This document shows, in pieces, positions 1-8,366 of a DNA stretch of 32,000 nucleotides; the stretch's first letter is position 1; the number at the start of each line of letters is the position of its first letter. Source of the stretch: an uncultured Verrucomicrobia subdivision 3 bacterium (lineage in GTDB: Bacteria > Verrucomicrobiota > Verrucomicrobiia > Limisphaerales > UBA11358); the NCBI GenBank assembly GCA_903872345.1, contig CAIQKM010000194.1, positions 5,448-37,447 of the forward strand, in the 5' to 3' direction. The translations under genes were made by a program, and so were the position numbers. The notes beneath the pieces are model-generated. The model searched no databases and was not told where the DNA came from. It saw only the letters and a list, made by a program, of their open reading frames with translations.

Positions 1-3000
1 ATGCCAGATGGGATCCATCGGGAGTCACGTCAAGGGAATGAACCAGCTGGTTTCCCGCGTGTTCTCGGAAGGTGTAAATCAGCTCTCCATCCTCGTTCAT
101 CTCCCAGATCTCGTGGTACAGACTGACGAACAAGCGCGAGCCCGAAGCGACCCCATTGCGGGCTTCGTCGTGCGACTCGAATTCGACGGTTCGAATCGGA
201 GTACCAGCAAGGTCAAGAAGGTGCAGTCTATGCCTTTCGAGCAGCGCGATCCGGTTGTCCGTAGCCATCGTTTGGATAAGATTCCCGAAATTCTGCGCTG
301 CGATCGAGGTCAAGCTCGGGGGTACACGGCCTGCATCGATCTTACGAATGATCCTCCCAGTTCTCGCGTTCCAAAGGATCGCAGGGTCCATTCCCGCGAC
401 GGACACCACGGTTCTGTCCCCGTTCGCCAGACAGCAGTCCAAGACTCCCGAGGTATGGCCGACGAGCGCAACCTGAGGCGCGTGGAATCCTAGCCGCCGA
501 CTTGAGAATGTCCACAATCGCTCTGACAGGTCGAGCGAATCTAGGGCAGAGGCCGCGAGTTCCCTTACGGATTCGATGCCGCTGTTGAGGCAACACTGTG
601 CCAGAGCCGCAGGGAATAGCGCCAGAAAGGGGGCCTCCATGCCCAGTATCGTACGCAGGTCCATGACCTTCCCGGCGAGCAACCGAACCGGTTCAGAATC
701 GTCGCACGCTTCGAGGATCAGGTCCAGATCATCCAGAAGGTCGTACACGCCGGCATGCCCAGTTTGCATCTCGCTGCTAGCTCGCCGCCTAAGGAACTCG
801 AACCGTCCGAGCAGAGCGCCCAGCCGATCGAGCTGTCGCGCGCTACTCATCTGGTAAACAACCTCGTGTAGGGCGTGACGATTGCCCAGCGGCCACTGTG
901 CGTTAAAGTAGTCCGCCAACCGCCGGTGAGGTTGCCAACTGTGCTCGGAGGCTTTCACGAAATGTTCCTGCACCCATTCGGCCACCTGACGGTGGTAGAA
1001 CGTCAACACGTTGGCACCGGGAGCGGCCCGCTCCGTGAGGTAAGGCGCAAGATCAAAGCGGAGCCGCGACCAGATCGCAATGGGAATGCGCGTAGCACTG
1101 GCGGGCAGTTCATGGCGAGCCTGCTCAGTGGCCAGGTCGAGCGCCGCCTTGTAGTCGGGGTCGGCAAACAGGACTTCCAGGATTTCGTTCTCCGCCAGCC
1201 CATGCCGCGAGGCGGCGAGATAGCCCAACACGTGTTCCACCAGCAGCCGACCGTGGTTCGCAGGCTGACCAAGTCGTTCGATGAGCTGACCGAGAATCGC
1301 GGGCACGCTCTCGCCCAATTTGGGTGCTGCATCGTAGGAGCGCCAGAGCCGGGCCTCCTCGAACAACAGCTTGAGATAAATCGGCTGGCGGCATTCCTTG
1401 GACTTTAGAATTTGCTCGATGTGTTCTCGCTGCTGGTCACTAACCTTGCGCCCCGCCTGATGCAGCCAATTCTTAAACAGAAGCGTGCTGGCATCGTCCT
1501 CCGAGAGTGCATCCAAGTTTATGGAATTCTTCGCGATGAGTTGTCGTCGCGTAAACTCGGCAAATGGCTGGCCGGCCAGGTCGTCTGCGCGGTCAGACAG
1601 ACATGACACAACAAGCTTCACATGCGGTTGCAACTGACCAGTCGGAATCCAATTCAGCAGCCGGCCATTGTCCGCATCGGAAAGCTGATCCAAGGCATCC
1701 AGAAACACGATCAGTGGTTGATCTGGTGTGGCGGATTTGAACTGCTCACGCAATTCTTCGGTCAGTGCCTTTATATCCGATGGAATTTCACCCTCTCGCT
1801 GATGTAGCCCGCGCAGTTGCTGGCATAGGCTACGAAGCAGCAGGCGGATGTCAGACGACTGTGGGGTTGTGCCGATGAATCGAATGATCGGCTTCTTAGT
1901 CTTTGGGATTTCGTCGAACGCCCGCGCCAGCAGGGCCGTCTTGCCGCAGCCGGAGGAACCATAAACCACCAACGGCCAAGGTGAGACATTTCGCAAGTAA
2001 TCGCGGATTTTCTCCAACTCGGTTTGTCGGCCGACAAACGACTTCGCGCCGCCACGTTCACGGCCGAAACGCGCGTGTTCGTCCTGTTCTATCTTCAGTT
2101 CACGCGCGGCACGTTCCGCTGAGGCTTGCGTGCTTTTGTTCCAATACTCTTCAATCTGCCCCCGGATGATCTCCGTCATCCGCTTTTCCACATCGGCGCA
2201 TAGTTGCGTTAGATGATCCGTCGTGACGTCTGCGGTGGGTTGGCCTTGGGCGTCGCTCGTCAGAACGAGCCGGGCGGAATCTGAGAAAACATTCTTTTCA
2301 CCCAGCCGTTTGCGCAGCGCTTCCTTCAGCCGTTCCTGCTCCGCCCCGAGTGCGGCATCAATTCTCCCGGACGGTTCCAAGTCAACGAAGTCCTTGATCT
2401 GTGCCGGTTCGGAGAACTCGCCGACATTCTCGATCTGCCGGAAGAACGCCAGCACATGCTCCTGCGCGTCCGGAGCGCACAACGCACCGTGCCAGATTTC
2501 CTGCTCGGTGGCGGAGGCTTGAAAGCGGACGATAGCCGGTGGCGAACCATCCGCCAGAGCCGCCTCGTCGAAACGCTCCCGCAATCGCTCCGGCGGCTGG
2601 ACGCGATTGATGATCGCCCACAGGATGGCTTGGATCTCGTTCCAAGGCGCATCCTGCGTGTAGTCCTTCGCGTCGGGGAGTTGCTGCCGGCGGGATTGCA
2701 GGAGATAGCCGGGCGGAACTGCATTGTCATCCTTCTGATACCACTCCCGCAGAACCGCAGCAGCCGTGCTGCTCGCCACCTGCGCGGCGGCGTGCTCCAG
2801 TGCTTGGAATTCAGCCACGGAAATCTCTTCCGGCAAGGGCCGCCAGCCATAGCGATTGCCCAGCAGGATCAGGAAATTGGGCCGGGGCGAGATCTCCTGT
2901 GCGCGCCGCAGTTCGTCAAAACAAATCCGCATCGTGCGGTGATCCAGACCTGCTTCGCTCGACACGCCCCAGCGGAGGTCAATGGCCTGAAACTGAAAGC

Positions 3001-3142
3001 CGTTCTGCGCGCAAAGCTGTTCCAGTCTGGGAAACACCTGCGCCTGCAGTGCATTGCGCTCCGGCTTCAGGTCGCTGAACGTCGAACTGACGAAGACGCG
3101 AATGACGGGCCGGAAACGAGGCGTGGAGTTTTGCTGGATCAT
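1..3142 (-). CDS. NWD1-like STAND NTPase: DUF4062-type N-terminal domain + NACHT P-loop NTPase + WD40-like repeats; the 3' end runs off the left window edge
   Basis: Absent from the ORF track because the frame is open to position 1. My translation from the ATG at 3142..3140 gives MIQQNSTPRFRPVIRVFVSSTFSDLKPERNALQAQVFPRLEQLCAQNGFQFQAIDLRWGV, the DUF4062 signature as I recall it from animal NWD1. Walker A is VVYGSSGCGKTALLARA (~1925-1965) and a Walker B-like LIVFLDALDQ lies at ~1690-1720. The C-terminal region has WD40-like blades (GHTSGVLDCCLANGDRTVVS). All listed minus-strand ORFs in 1-3142 are in the other two frames. The start lies 16 nt after the stop of the upstream gene. Confidence 0.85.
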   Translation of the reverse strand, partial: MIQQNSTPRFRPVIRVFVSSTFSDLKPERNALQAQVFPRLEQLCAQNGFQFQAIDLRWGVSSEAGLDHRTMRICFDELRRAQEISPRPNFLILLGNRYGWRPLPEEISVAEFQALEHAAAQVASSTAAAVLREWYQKDDNAVPPGYLLQSRRQQLPDAKDYTQDAPWNEIQAILWAIINRVQPPERLRERFDEAALADGSPPAIVRFQASATEQEIWHGALCAPDAQEHVLAFFRQIENVGEFSEPAQIKDFVDLEPSGRIDAALGAEQERLKEALRKRLGEKNVFSDSARLVLTSDAQGQPTADVTTDHLTQLCADVEKRMTEIIRGQIEEYWNKSTQASAERAARELKIEQDEHARFGRERGGAKSFVGRQTELEKIRDYLRNVSPWPLVVYGSSGCGKTALLARAFDEIPKTKKPIIRFIGTTPQSSDIRLLLRSLCQQLRGLHQREGEIPSDIKALTEELREQFKSATPDQPLIVFLDALDQLSDADNGRLLNWIPTGQLQPHVKLVVSCLSDRADDLAGQPFAEFTRRQLIAKNSINLDALSEDDASTLLFKNWLHQAGRKVSDQQREHIEQILKSKECRQPIYLKLLFEEARLWRSYDAAPKLGESVPAILGQLIERLGQPANHGRLLVEHVLGYLAASRHGLAENEILEVLFADPDYKAALDLATEQARHELPASATRIPIAIWSRLRFDLAPYLTERAAPGANVLTFYHRQVAEWVQEHFVKASEHSWQPHRRLADYFNAQWPLGNRHALHEVVYQMSSARQLDRLGALLGRFEFLRRRASSEMQTGHAGVYDLLDDLDLILEACDDSEPVRLLAGKVMDLRTILGMEAPFLALFPAALAQCCLNSGIESVRELAASALDSLDLSERLWTFSSRRLGFHAPQVALVGHTSGVLDCCLANGDRTVVSVAGMDPAILWNARTGRIIRKIDAGRVPPSLTSIAAQNFGNLIQTMATDNRIALLERHRLHLLDLAGTPIRTVEFESHDEARNGVASGSRLFVSLYHEIWEMNEDGELIYTFREHAGNQLVHSLDVTPDGSHLA

Positions 3143-3158
3143 GGCATTGTAGCATGCA

Positions 3159-3875
3159 TCAGTAACCCGTGCGCAACCGCCAAATTGCATCGTTTACAGT
3201 CGCGCAAACTTGCTTGTCAACCGCATTTTCACGGAGAAAAACCACGCCTGAAGTCTCGCCATCAACCAGATAGAGAACCTTGTTTCTCTCGGCCAGCGAA
3301 GTTATCATTGACAACTCGACGTGCAAGTTACCGGAGTGACTTCTTAAGTCCACCAAGACCCGCTCACACAACCGCAGATAAGTTGACACAACTTTTTCCC
3401 AACCGACAATTCCAGAAGTCCTCGATGTCGTGAATAATGTGTGCAGTTTCAAATCAAACCCTCTCTCCGCATCGGTATAATTGTCCCGGAGTAGATGAAA
3501 CACTTTGGCCGGGAAAAGCGCCGGAAACAGAAATGGCAAGAGTTCGTTGCACTTCGATCCGGAGACTCCGAGGAGCAAGACAGAGGGGGGCGTCATCCAG
3601 CTTATTAATTGGCCACCAGAAATGCAGCATACAGCAATGACGAATGCCGGTTTATCCGCGCCTAGCGAGAACGGCAACAGTAAAAGAACCCCCACACAAG
3701 TGATAGGCAGCCAAATTCTTCGGGAAGCAATTTGGGTTTTGACGTGCTGGCCCACATGAGGAAAGAAGCGGCTGCGTTTCCGAAGCCAAGTCGAGGCTAA
3801 CTGAATGACGCTCGGCGCAAGAAGGAGAACAGATGTGCCGATGATGAGTTTTTCGATCATGGGTGTGACAAGCAT
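3159..3875 (-). CDS. Hypothetical membrane protein (3-4 N-terminal TM helices + ~120-aa soluble C-terminal domain)
   Basis: 238-aa ORF with an ATG start. Hydrophobic stretches include LIIGTSVLLLAPSVIQLA, IWLPITCVGVLLLLPFSL and PAFVIAVCCISGGQLISW. It starts 3 nt after the upstream stop and ends 16 nt before the next start, so it looks operonic. I recognise no family. Confidence 0.5.
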   Translation of the reverse strand: MLVTPMIEKLIIGTSVLLLAPSVIQLASTWLRKRSRFFPHVGQHVKTQIASRRIWLPITCVGVLLLLPFSLGADKPAFVIAVCCISGGQLISWMTPPSVLLLGVSGSKCNELLPFLFPALFPAKVFHLLRDNYTDAERGFDLKLHTLFTTSRTSGIVGWEKVVSTYLRLCERVLVDLRSHSGNLHVELSMITSLAERNKVLYLVDGETSGVVFLRENAVDKQVCATVNDAIWRLRTGY

Positions 3876-3878
3876 CCC

Positions 3879-4496
3879 TCAACGGTAAATCTTGATAACT
3901 CCTTCATTTTCGGCTGCTGAACAGAGCTCCGGGAAAAGCTCTTGAAGCTTTCCCTGGCTCAAGGAAGCCGGGTGTTCGCGGATCACGCTTGATCGAACAA
4001 CCATACTTCCAGAGAATATGAGCAGAACCAACGACCAACTTGGATTCTCCACCAAGTCAAAGAAGATGCGCATTTGTCTCTCCGGGTCTCTTTCTCTCAC
4101 ATTTGGATTCGCGTTCGAAAGCGCAACAAATTCGTTTGTCTCGTCCGACAGTGTCCGCAGCAAACGATCAGGACTCGGTGAAATCGAATTGCCAGCAAAA
4201 TCTACTGAAGCGTGCAATACGTTCGGAAGAGCGTCCCATGCGGGCGCAATTTGCACAATTTGATTAGGTCGCGAGCCGACGCCGCGCGCAAGCTCTAGCC
4301 CAATCGCAAAGAATCGGTCGTGAAGCGGGCCACCCGGACCAATGAGAGATCGCGGAGCTTTCTCGGCAAGTATTTGCAACCGAACCATAGCAGGAAATGG
4401 ACACTGCAATCTCGATAGACGCTGAATCTCGTTCAGAACGGACTCCGCCTGCGCGTGGGTCAGCTTGCGGGTGAACAATGCGGAAAATATACTCAT
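3879..4496 (-). CDS. Hypothetical protein, 205 aa, no recognisable domain
   Basis: ATG-started ORF that begins 27 nt after the stop of the TIR-NACHT gene and ends 3 nt before the next gene. Only short ORFs lie on the opposite strand. Confidence 0.5.
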   Translation of the reverse strand: MSIFSALFTRKLTHAQAESVLNEIQRLSRLQCPFPAMVRLQILAEKAPRSLIGPGGPLHDRFFAIGLELARGVGSRPNQIVQIAPAWDALPNVLHASVDFAGNSISPSPDRLLRTLSDETNEFVALSNANPNVRERDPERQMRIFFDLVENPSWSLVLLIFSGSMVVRSSVIREHPASLSQGKLQELFPELCSAAENEGVIKIYR

Positions 4497-4523
4497 AAAC
4501 GGACGCTTCTTTTGGTTATCATT

Positions 4524-7253
4524 TCATTTTTCAGGTTGCCCCAGCAACGATTGAACTGAACGCGTGAGCTTTGCCTCAAGAGCTTCCTCGGCATCGCGAA
4601 CAGCAATGCCGACAGCGCCCCACGGGTCGCTATCGCAGTCGGCAATTGCCTTGAAACGTCGAGCCAACCAAATATCGGAGACGGTTTGAAATGGACGCAG
4701 ATGAAGGGCTGCCAGAGCGGCCGACAGTGCCTTTTCTTCGTAGTTCAGAAATTCCCATGCACTGTCAACCATTGATGGTCCATAGCCAGCCCGGATTCGT
4801 GGAGTCTTCATCACCTCTGCCAACGCGTTTCCAATTTCTGTTCGCGTCGCAATCAATATGCTGCTTGGGCAAGAACCTTCGGCTTGCTGTCGTAGAACTT
4901 CAGCAACCTTGACCACAGCGGACAAATCATCGGCGAATAAAAGCAAAGCTTCACGGCAAAACTCCGCGCATCGTCGCTCAGAATTACCACTGCTCACCCA
5001 TCGCTTTGAAAGTTCACATGCTTTCTGGAACATCTCCTGACGCTCAGAAAGGTAGCGCGACATGACCGCGCCTCCTCCCTCGGCAGCGGCATTGTGAATG
5101 ATGGCGTTGAACTCTTTTTCGGCGAATTGAAAAAGATGCCACGCTGCCCCAGCCAACCCAAAATAGCCTTTGCTGTTTTTCTCCGCGTCGAGGAAATCGC
5201 TCGAAACAGACATCGTTCCCAAATTGGCCGCCTTCAACTTTCGGAATTCCTCACTAAAAAGCAAAGCGCGGGCATCCTCGAAACGGCTTGCTCCGGCTAG
5301 ATGGTAAACAACTTCAGAGAGTGCTATTTCATCTTTTTGCCAGCAGGTCAGGAAGCAATTCGCCAGCAGCCGATGACCTTCCACGAGGCTCACGAAAAAT
5401 GCTCCAGCTTTTTTCTCGTTCGTCAACCAGTCGGCAAGCGATTTGTGAAATGCCTTGATTACCTCTCGCGGTGATCCCGAATCTACAGGAAATAGAAATC
5501 CGAGAGGGCTGTTGACGTCGTGAACGTCATCCAATAAACGCTGCGCGTTGACGGTTTTCTGGATCGGTTTGACAACCACGCGGCGCGTTTCGTTAGTAAT
5601 TGGAAACAACGAGCCGAGCGGGCGAGTGAAATCGCGGAGTTCCTCGTCTTGCCAGTTGAAAAGGCGTTGAAGGATTTCCACGGGCAGCGGTTCGCGGGCG
5701 GCGAGGATGGCGCGCAGCGCGGGGCGCACGTCTTTGCGGAATTTATCCAAGTCGGGAAAGTATCGCTGGAAGTCCAGGTAGAACTTGCCGGCGAGTCCTT
5801 GCGGGAATTCGTTTGGCCGATCCAACGATAGATAATTTTTGCAAATGTCCTCGCAAAAGCTTTCGACGTAGAGGAATACGCCTTCGCTCTTATCCAGGAT
5901 TTGCTCCACGAGACGGTCGGCGTCTGGACGGTTCTGGAGTTGCACCGCCAGTTCGCGCCGCAGGTAGGCGCGGATGTCCTCGCTGTTGGCGGCGGATTTG
6001 GTCTCGAAGGGGAATGGCTTCAGCGCCTGGAAAGGCGTGGTCACGTCAAACTCCGGCCGGCTGGTGACGACCAGGCCAATCCAGTCGGGAAGCTGCCCGG
6101 CATACTGGGCTAGGACTTCCACGAGTTCGTTGCGTCCGTCCTCGCCTTGGGCACTGGCAATGCCAGCTTCGTCGAGCGCGTCAATGACGATCAGATACCG
6201 CTCACGTCCGCCGGTGATGGATAGCTTCAAGGGGTTGGTGAGCAGGCCGTCGAACAGTTCTGCGGAATTCTTCCGGTCCAGTTCGGTCAGGATCGGCAGC
6301 GTCAGCAGCAGCTTGCGATAGTCGGGCAGCCGGGTGGCAATCTGGAACGCCAGCGTGCGAATGATGCGGCAGGCGTCGCGGTGATCCGGTTTCTTCCAAT
6401 CGCAGAACTGGACGGCGATGACGGTGCCCCGGCCATATTCATGCGCGAGATGGGCGGCGAAGGCGCTCTTGCCAATGCCCGGAGCGCCCATGAGCCAGAA
6501 GAGACGTGCGTCTCGCCCGGCGGTGGTTCGCCACTTTTCAACGGCCTGGAACAGCCACGTCCGCCCGACCAGTTTCTTCTCCAGCAATTGTCGGATGCGG
6601 GCATCGGCCGCGAAATCGGAAGCCGTCGGCTTGAGCTGTTCTTGGAGCGTTTCGATTTCGCCGGCAAAGCGCCGGCTTTCGTCGCTCTCCACGACGGCGA
6701 CGATCTCGGCGAGTTTGGCCTGATACCACTGCTCCCACGCCGTCTCGCCCGCAGCGCAGCGTTCCTTCCAGTCGTGCATGTCGAGCCATTGCATGTGGCT
6801 GATGCTGGGCGGCGGTTTCACCTCGCGCTCGCTCTCGACGAGGATGGTCTGGATATTGCCGCCTTTTGCGCCAATCGCAATGCCGATTTCATCAAGGCAG
6901 ACGCCGGGATCGCGCGTGGAATGTTTCGAGAGGAAGGACAATACGCGGTTGCTCTGCAAAATGCCATCAGTGATGGCGCGCCGCCATTCGTCGCCAAACT
7001 TGATTTCGTTCTTGTCGAACCAAACATCATGGCCGCGCTGTTCCAAGTCGACTTTAATACGACGAACCAATTTCTCGTTCGCATCATGCCCGTAACTAAG
7101 GAAGATGCGGAGCGGAGCAAAAGGTTTCGCGGGAGTGAACTCGATTTTACAGTCGTAACAAACGAAGGCGACGGAGTCTGGCACAGCCATAATTTTGGCC
7201 GAGCCGCACTGAGGGCATTTGGGTTTACCCGGCATGGCTTGCTCCTGAGTCAT
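4524..7253 (-). CDS. Zinc-ribbon + TIR + NACHT/STAND NTPase + helical-repeat protein (bacterial NLR-like)
   Basis: 909-aa ORF with an ATG start. The N-terminal zinc ribbon reads CPQCGS...CYDC. The TIR domain (~6710-7105) reads RIFLSYGHDANEKLVRRIKVDLEQRGHDVWFDKNEIKFGDEW...VLSFLS...CLDEIGIAI and retains the conserved Glu. Walker A is FWLMGAPGIGKSAFAAHLA (~6455-6495) and Walker B is YLIVIDALDEA. The C-terminal ~450 aa look alpha-helical. Confidence 0.9.
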   Translation of the reverse strand: MTQEQAMPGKPKCPQCGSAKIMAVPDSVAFVCYDCKIEFTPAKPFAPLRIFLSYGHDANEKLVRRIKVDLEQRGHDVWFDKNEIKFGDEWRRAITDGILQSNRVLSFLSKHSTRDPGVCLDEIGIAIGAKGGNIQTILVESEREVKPPPSISHMQWLDMHDWKERCAAGETAWEQWYQAKLAEIVAVVESDESRRFAGEIETLQEQLKPTASDFAADARIRQLLEKKLVGRTWLFQAVEKWRTTAGRDARLFWLMGAPGIGKSAFAAHLAHEYGRGTVIAVQFCDWKKPDHRDACRIIRTLAFQIATRLPDYRKLLLTLPILTELDRKNSAELFDGLLTNPLKLSITGGRERYLIVIDALDEAGIASAQGEDGRNELVEVLAQYAGQLPDWIGLVVTSRPEFDVTTPFQALKPFPFETKSAANSEDIRAYLRRELAVQLQNRPDADRLVEQILDKSEGVFLYVESFCEDICKNYLSLDRPNEFPQGLAGKFYLDFQRYFPDLDKFRKDVRPALRAILAAREPLPVEILQRLFNWQDEELRDFTRPLGSLFPITNETRRVVVKPIQKTVNAQRLLDDVHDVNSPLGFLFPVDSGSPREVIKAFHKSLADWLTNEKKAGAFFVSLVEGHRLLANCFLTCWQKDEIALSEVVYHLAGASRFEDARALLFSEEFRKLKAANLGTMSVSSDFLDAEKNSKGYFGLAGAAWHLFQFAEKEFNAIIHNAAAEGGGAVMSRYLSERQEMFQKACELSKRWVSSGNSERRCAEFCREALLLFADDLSAVVKVAEVLRQQAEGSCPSSILIATRTEIGNALAEVMKTPRIRAGYGPSMVDSAWEFLNYEEKALSAALAALHLRPFQTVSDIWLARRFKAIADCDSDPWGAVGIAVRDAEEALEAKLTRSVQSLLGQPEK

Positions 7254-7519
7254 CCTGACCGATTCCTCAAATAGCGTCCATGCTTAATTTGTCGCTTTAA
7301 CGTGAAAGGTCGATTTGGTCGCATCTAATTTTAATTAGGCCTTTTGTAGCAATTCAAAGTCCAAGCTATCGACGCTTGTTTCCATCACCCAACTTTTTTG
7401 GATTGAACGGGTATTTCAAGATACCAAATCCGAATTGGGACTGGCCGATTTTCTGTTGCGCGGCTGGCAGGCGGCATCACTCTATGGCGATGGTTCCCCA
7501 GTTCTTTCTAAACACTCAC

Positions 7520-8335
7520 TTACACAACAAAGGCGAACAGAGACTTGGGATCCGCTGGAAGACGAACTAAATGTAACCCGCGCGGAGTGCACCAGAGTAC
7601 ATCCTCCAGCAGTTCATCAACGGCAACTCCGCTACCCATGACCACGCCGACGGTCGCGCCCAAAGACAAGGCAAGCCGGTACTCAAACGCCGCAATCTTG
7701 CCGCCGCCAAAGCCCAATAGCCGCACATCTTCAGGCTTGATGCCAGACGCTAGAACATCCTGCCAGGCATGGAGCACTTGAACGGGTGAAAATCTCGTGG
7801 TGTCGCTCATAATAAGTTTGTCATAGCGATTATCCTTTACCGCGTCCTTCGGCAGAGACTTGGGAATATAGCCGAGCAAACGAAACTTTTTGATGCTGGC
7901 ATTCGCCAGATAGACAGTAGCCTCGCCTATGCAACCGGGGACACCCGCTGTCGTGCCACCACAGATCACCGTACCGCCAAAACCCGCCAGCGCCTCCTTA
8001 AGCAATGCCGTCACGTGGATCATTTCTTCGGGCTTCATGCTGGCGGCCCCGCCGGCAACCATCAAAACTGGACTATCTATGCGGGTTGAGTCCAAGCCGG
8101 CGTTCTTCAAAGTACTCGCGGACGCGTGGTCCAAGACATATGCCAATCCATGGGCAAAGGCGGCATAATCCGGAAATTGCCTCGCGCACGCTTCGATCTG
8201 GTGCCGATGCGCTGTGGAGCAGGGATTATTGCTCATGGTTTTGCTCTGTGCCATTATGTATCTACGGCACGAATTTTCCACTTCCGAGGAATATCTCGAA
8301 TAGTCGAGTTGGCCGAAAGCCTTGGCGACAGTCAC
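7520..8335 (-). CDS. Stand-alone SLOG-domain protein of the TRPM/LSDAT type (LOG/DprA-like Rossmann fold)
   Basis: 271-aa ORF. Motifs VLMVAGGA, TVICGGTTAGVPGCIGEA, LLGYIP, LIMSD, LLGFGGGKIAAFEYRLA and VVMGSGVAVDELL occur in the same order as the glycine-rich SLOG motifs of the TRPM N-terminal MHR1/2 region (recalled from memory). The track start at 8335 is GTG; in-frame ATGs at 8254 and 8236 are alternatives. It begins 31 nt downstream of the AAA-RyR gene. Confidence 0.8.
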   Translation of the reverse strand: MTVAKAFGQLDYSRYSSEVENSCRRYIMAQSKTMSNNPCSTAHRHQIEACARQFPDYAAFAHGLAYVLDHASASTLKNAGLDSTRIDSPVLMVAGGAASMKPEEMIHVTALLKEALAGFGGTVICGGTTAGVPGCIGEATVYLANASIKKFRLLGYIPKSLPKDAVKDNRYDKLIMSDTTRFSPVQVLHAWQDVLASGIKPEDVRLLGFGGGKIAAFEYRLALSLGATVGVVMGSGVAVDELLEDVLWCTPRGLHLVRLPADPKSLFAFVV

Positions 8336-8366
8336 ATAAGATAGCTTTTTCTGTTATTGATGATGT

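Noticed and set aside
8-3433. Many plus-strand ORFs in the track (for example 8..493, 875..1408, 2456..3433) and short minus-strand ORFs in the other two frames
   Set aside because: They are Arg/Ala/Ser/Pro-rich, low-complexity translations typical of shadow frames in GC-rich coding DNA. One uninterrupted minus-strand frame from 3142 to the window edge gives a coherent DUF4062/NACHT/WD40 protein with clear motifs.
6381-7274. 297-aa plus-strand ORF antisense to the TIR-NACHT gene (also 5813..6321 and 6418..6723)
   Set aside because: It has no motifs and lies fully inside a minus-strand gene with strong TIR and P-loop signatures, so it is an antisense shadow ORF.
7254-7519. 266-bp A/T-richer gap upstream of the TIR-NACHT operon as a promoter/operator region
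   Set aside because: It is plausibly the operon promoter. But I could not identify defensible -35/-10 elements or a clear operator palindrome for an unknown taxon, so it is not reported as a feature.
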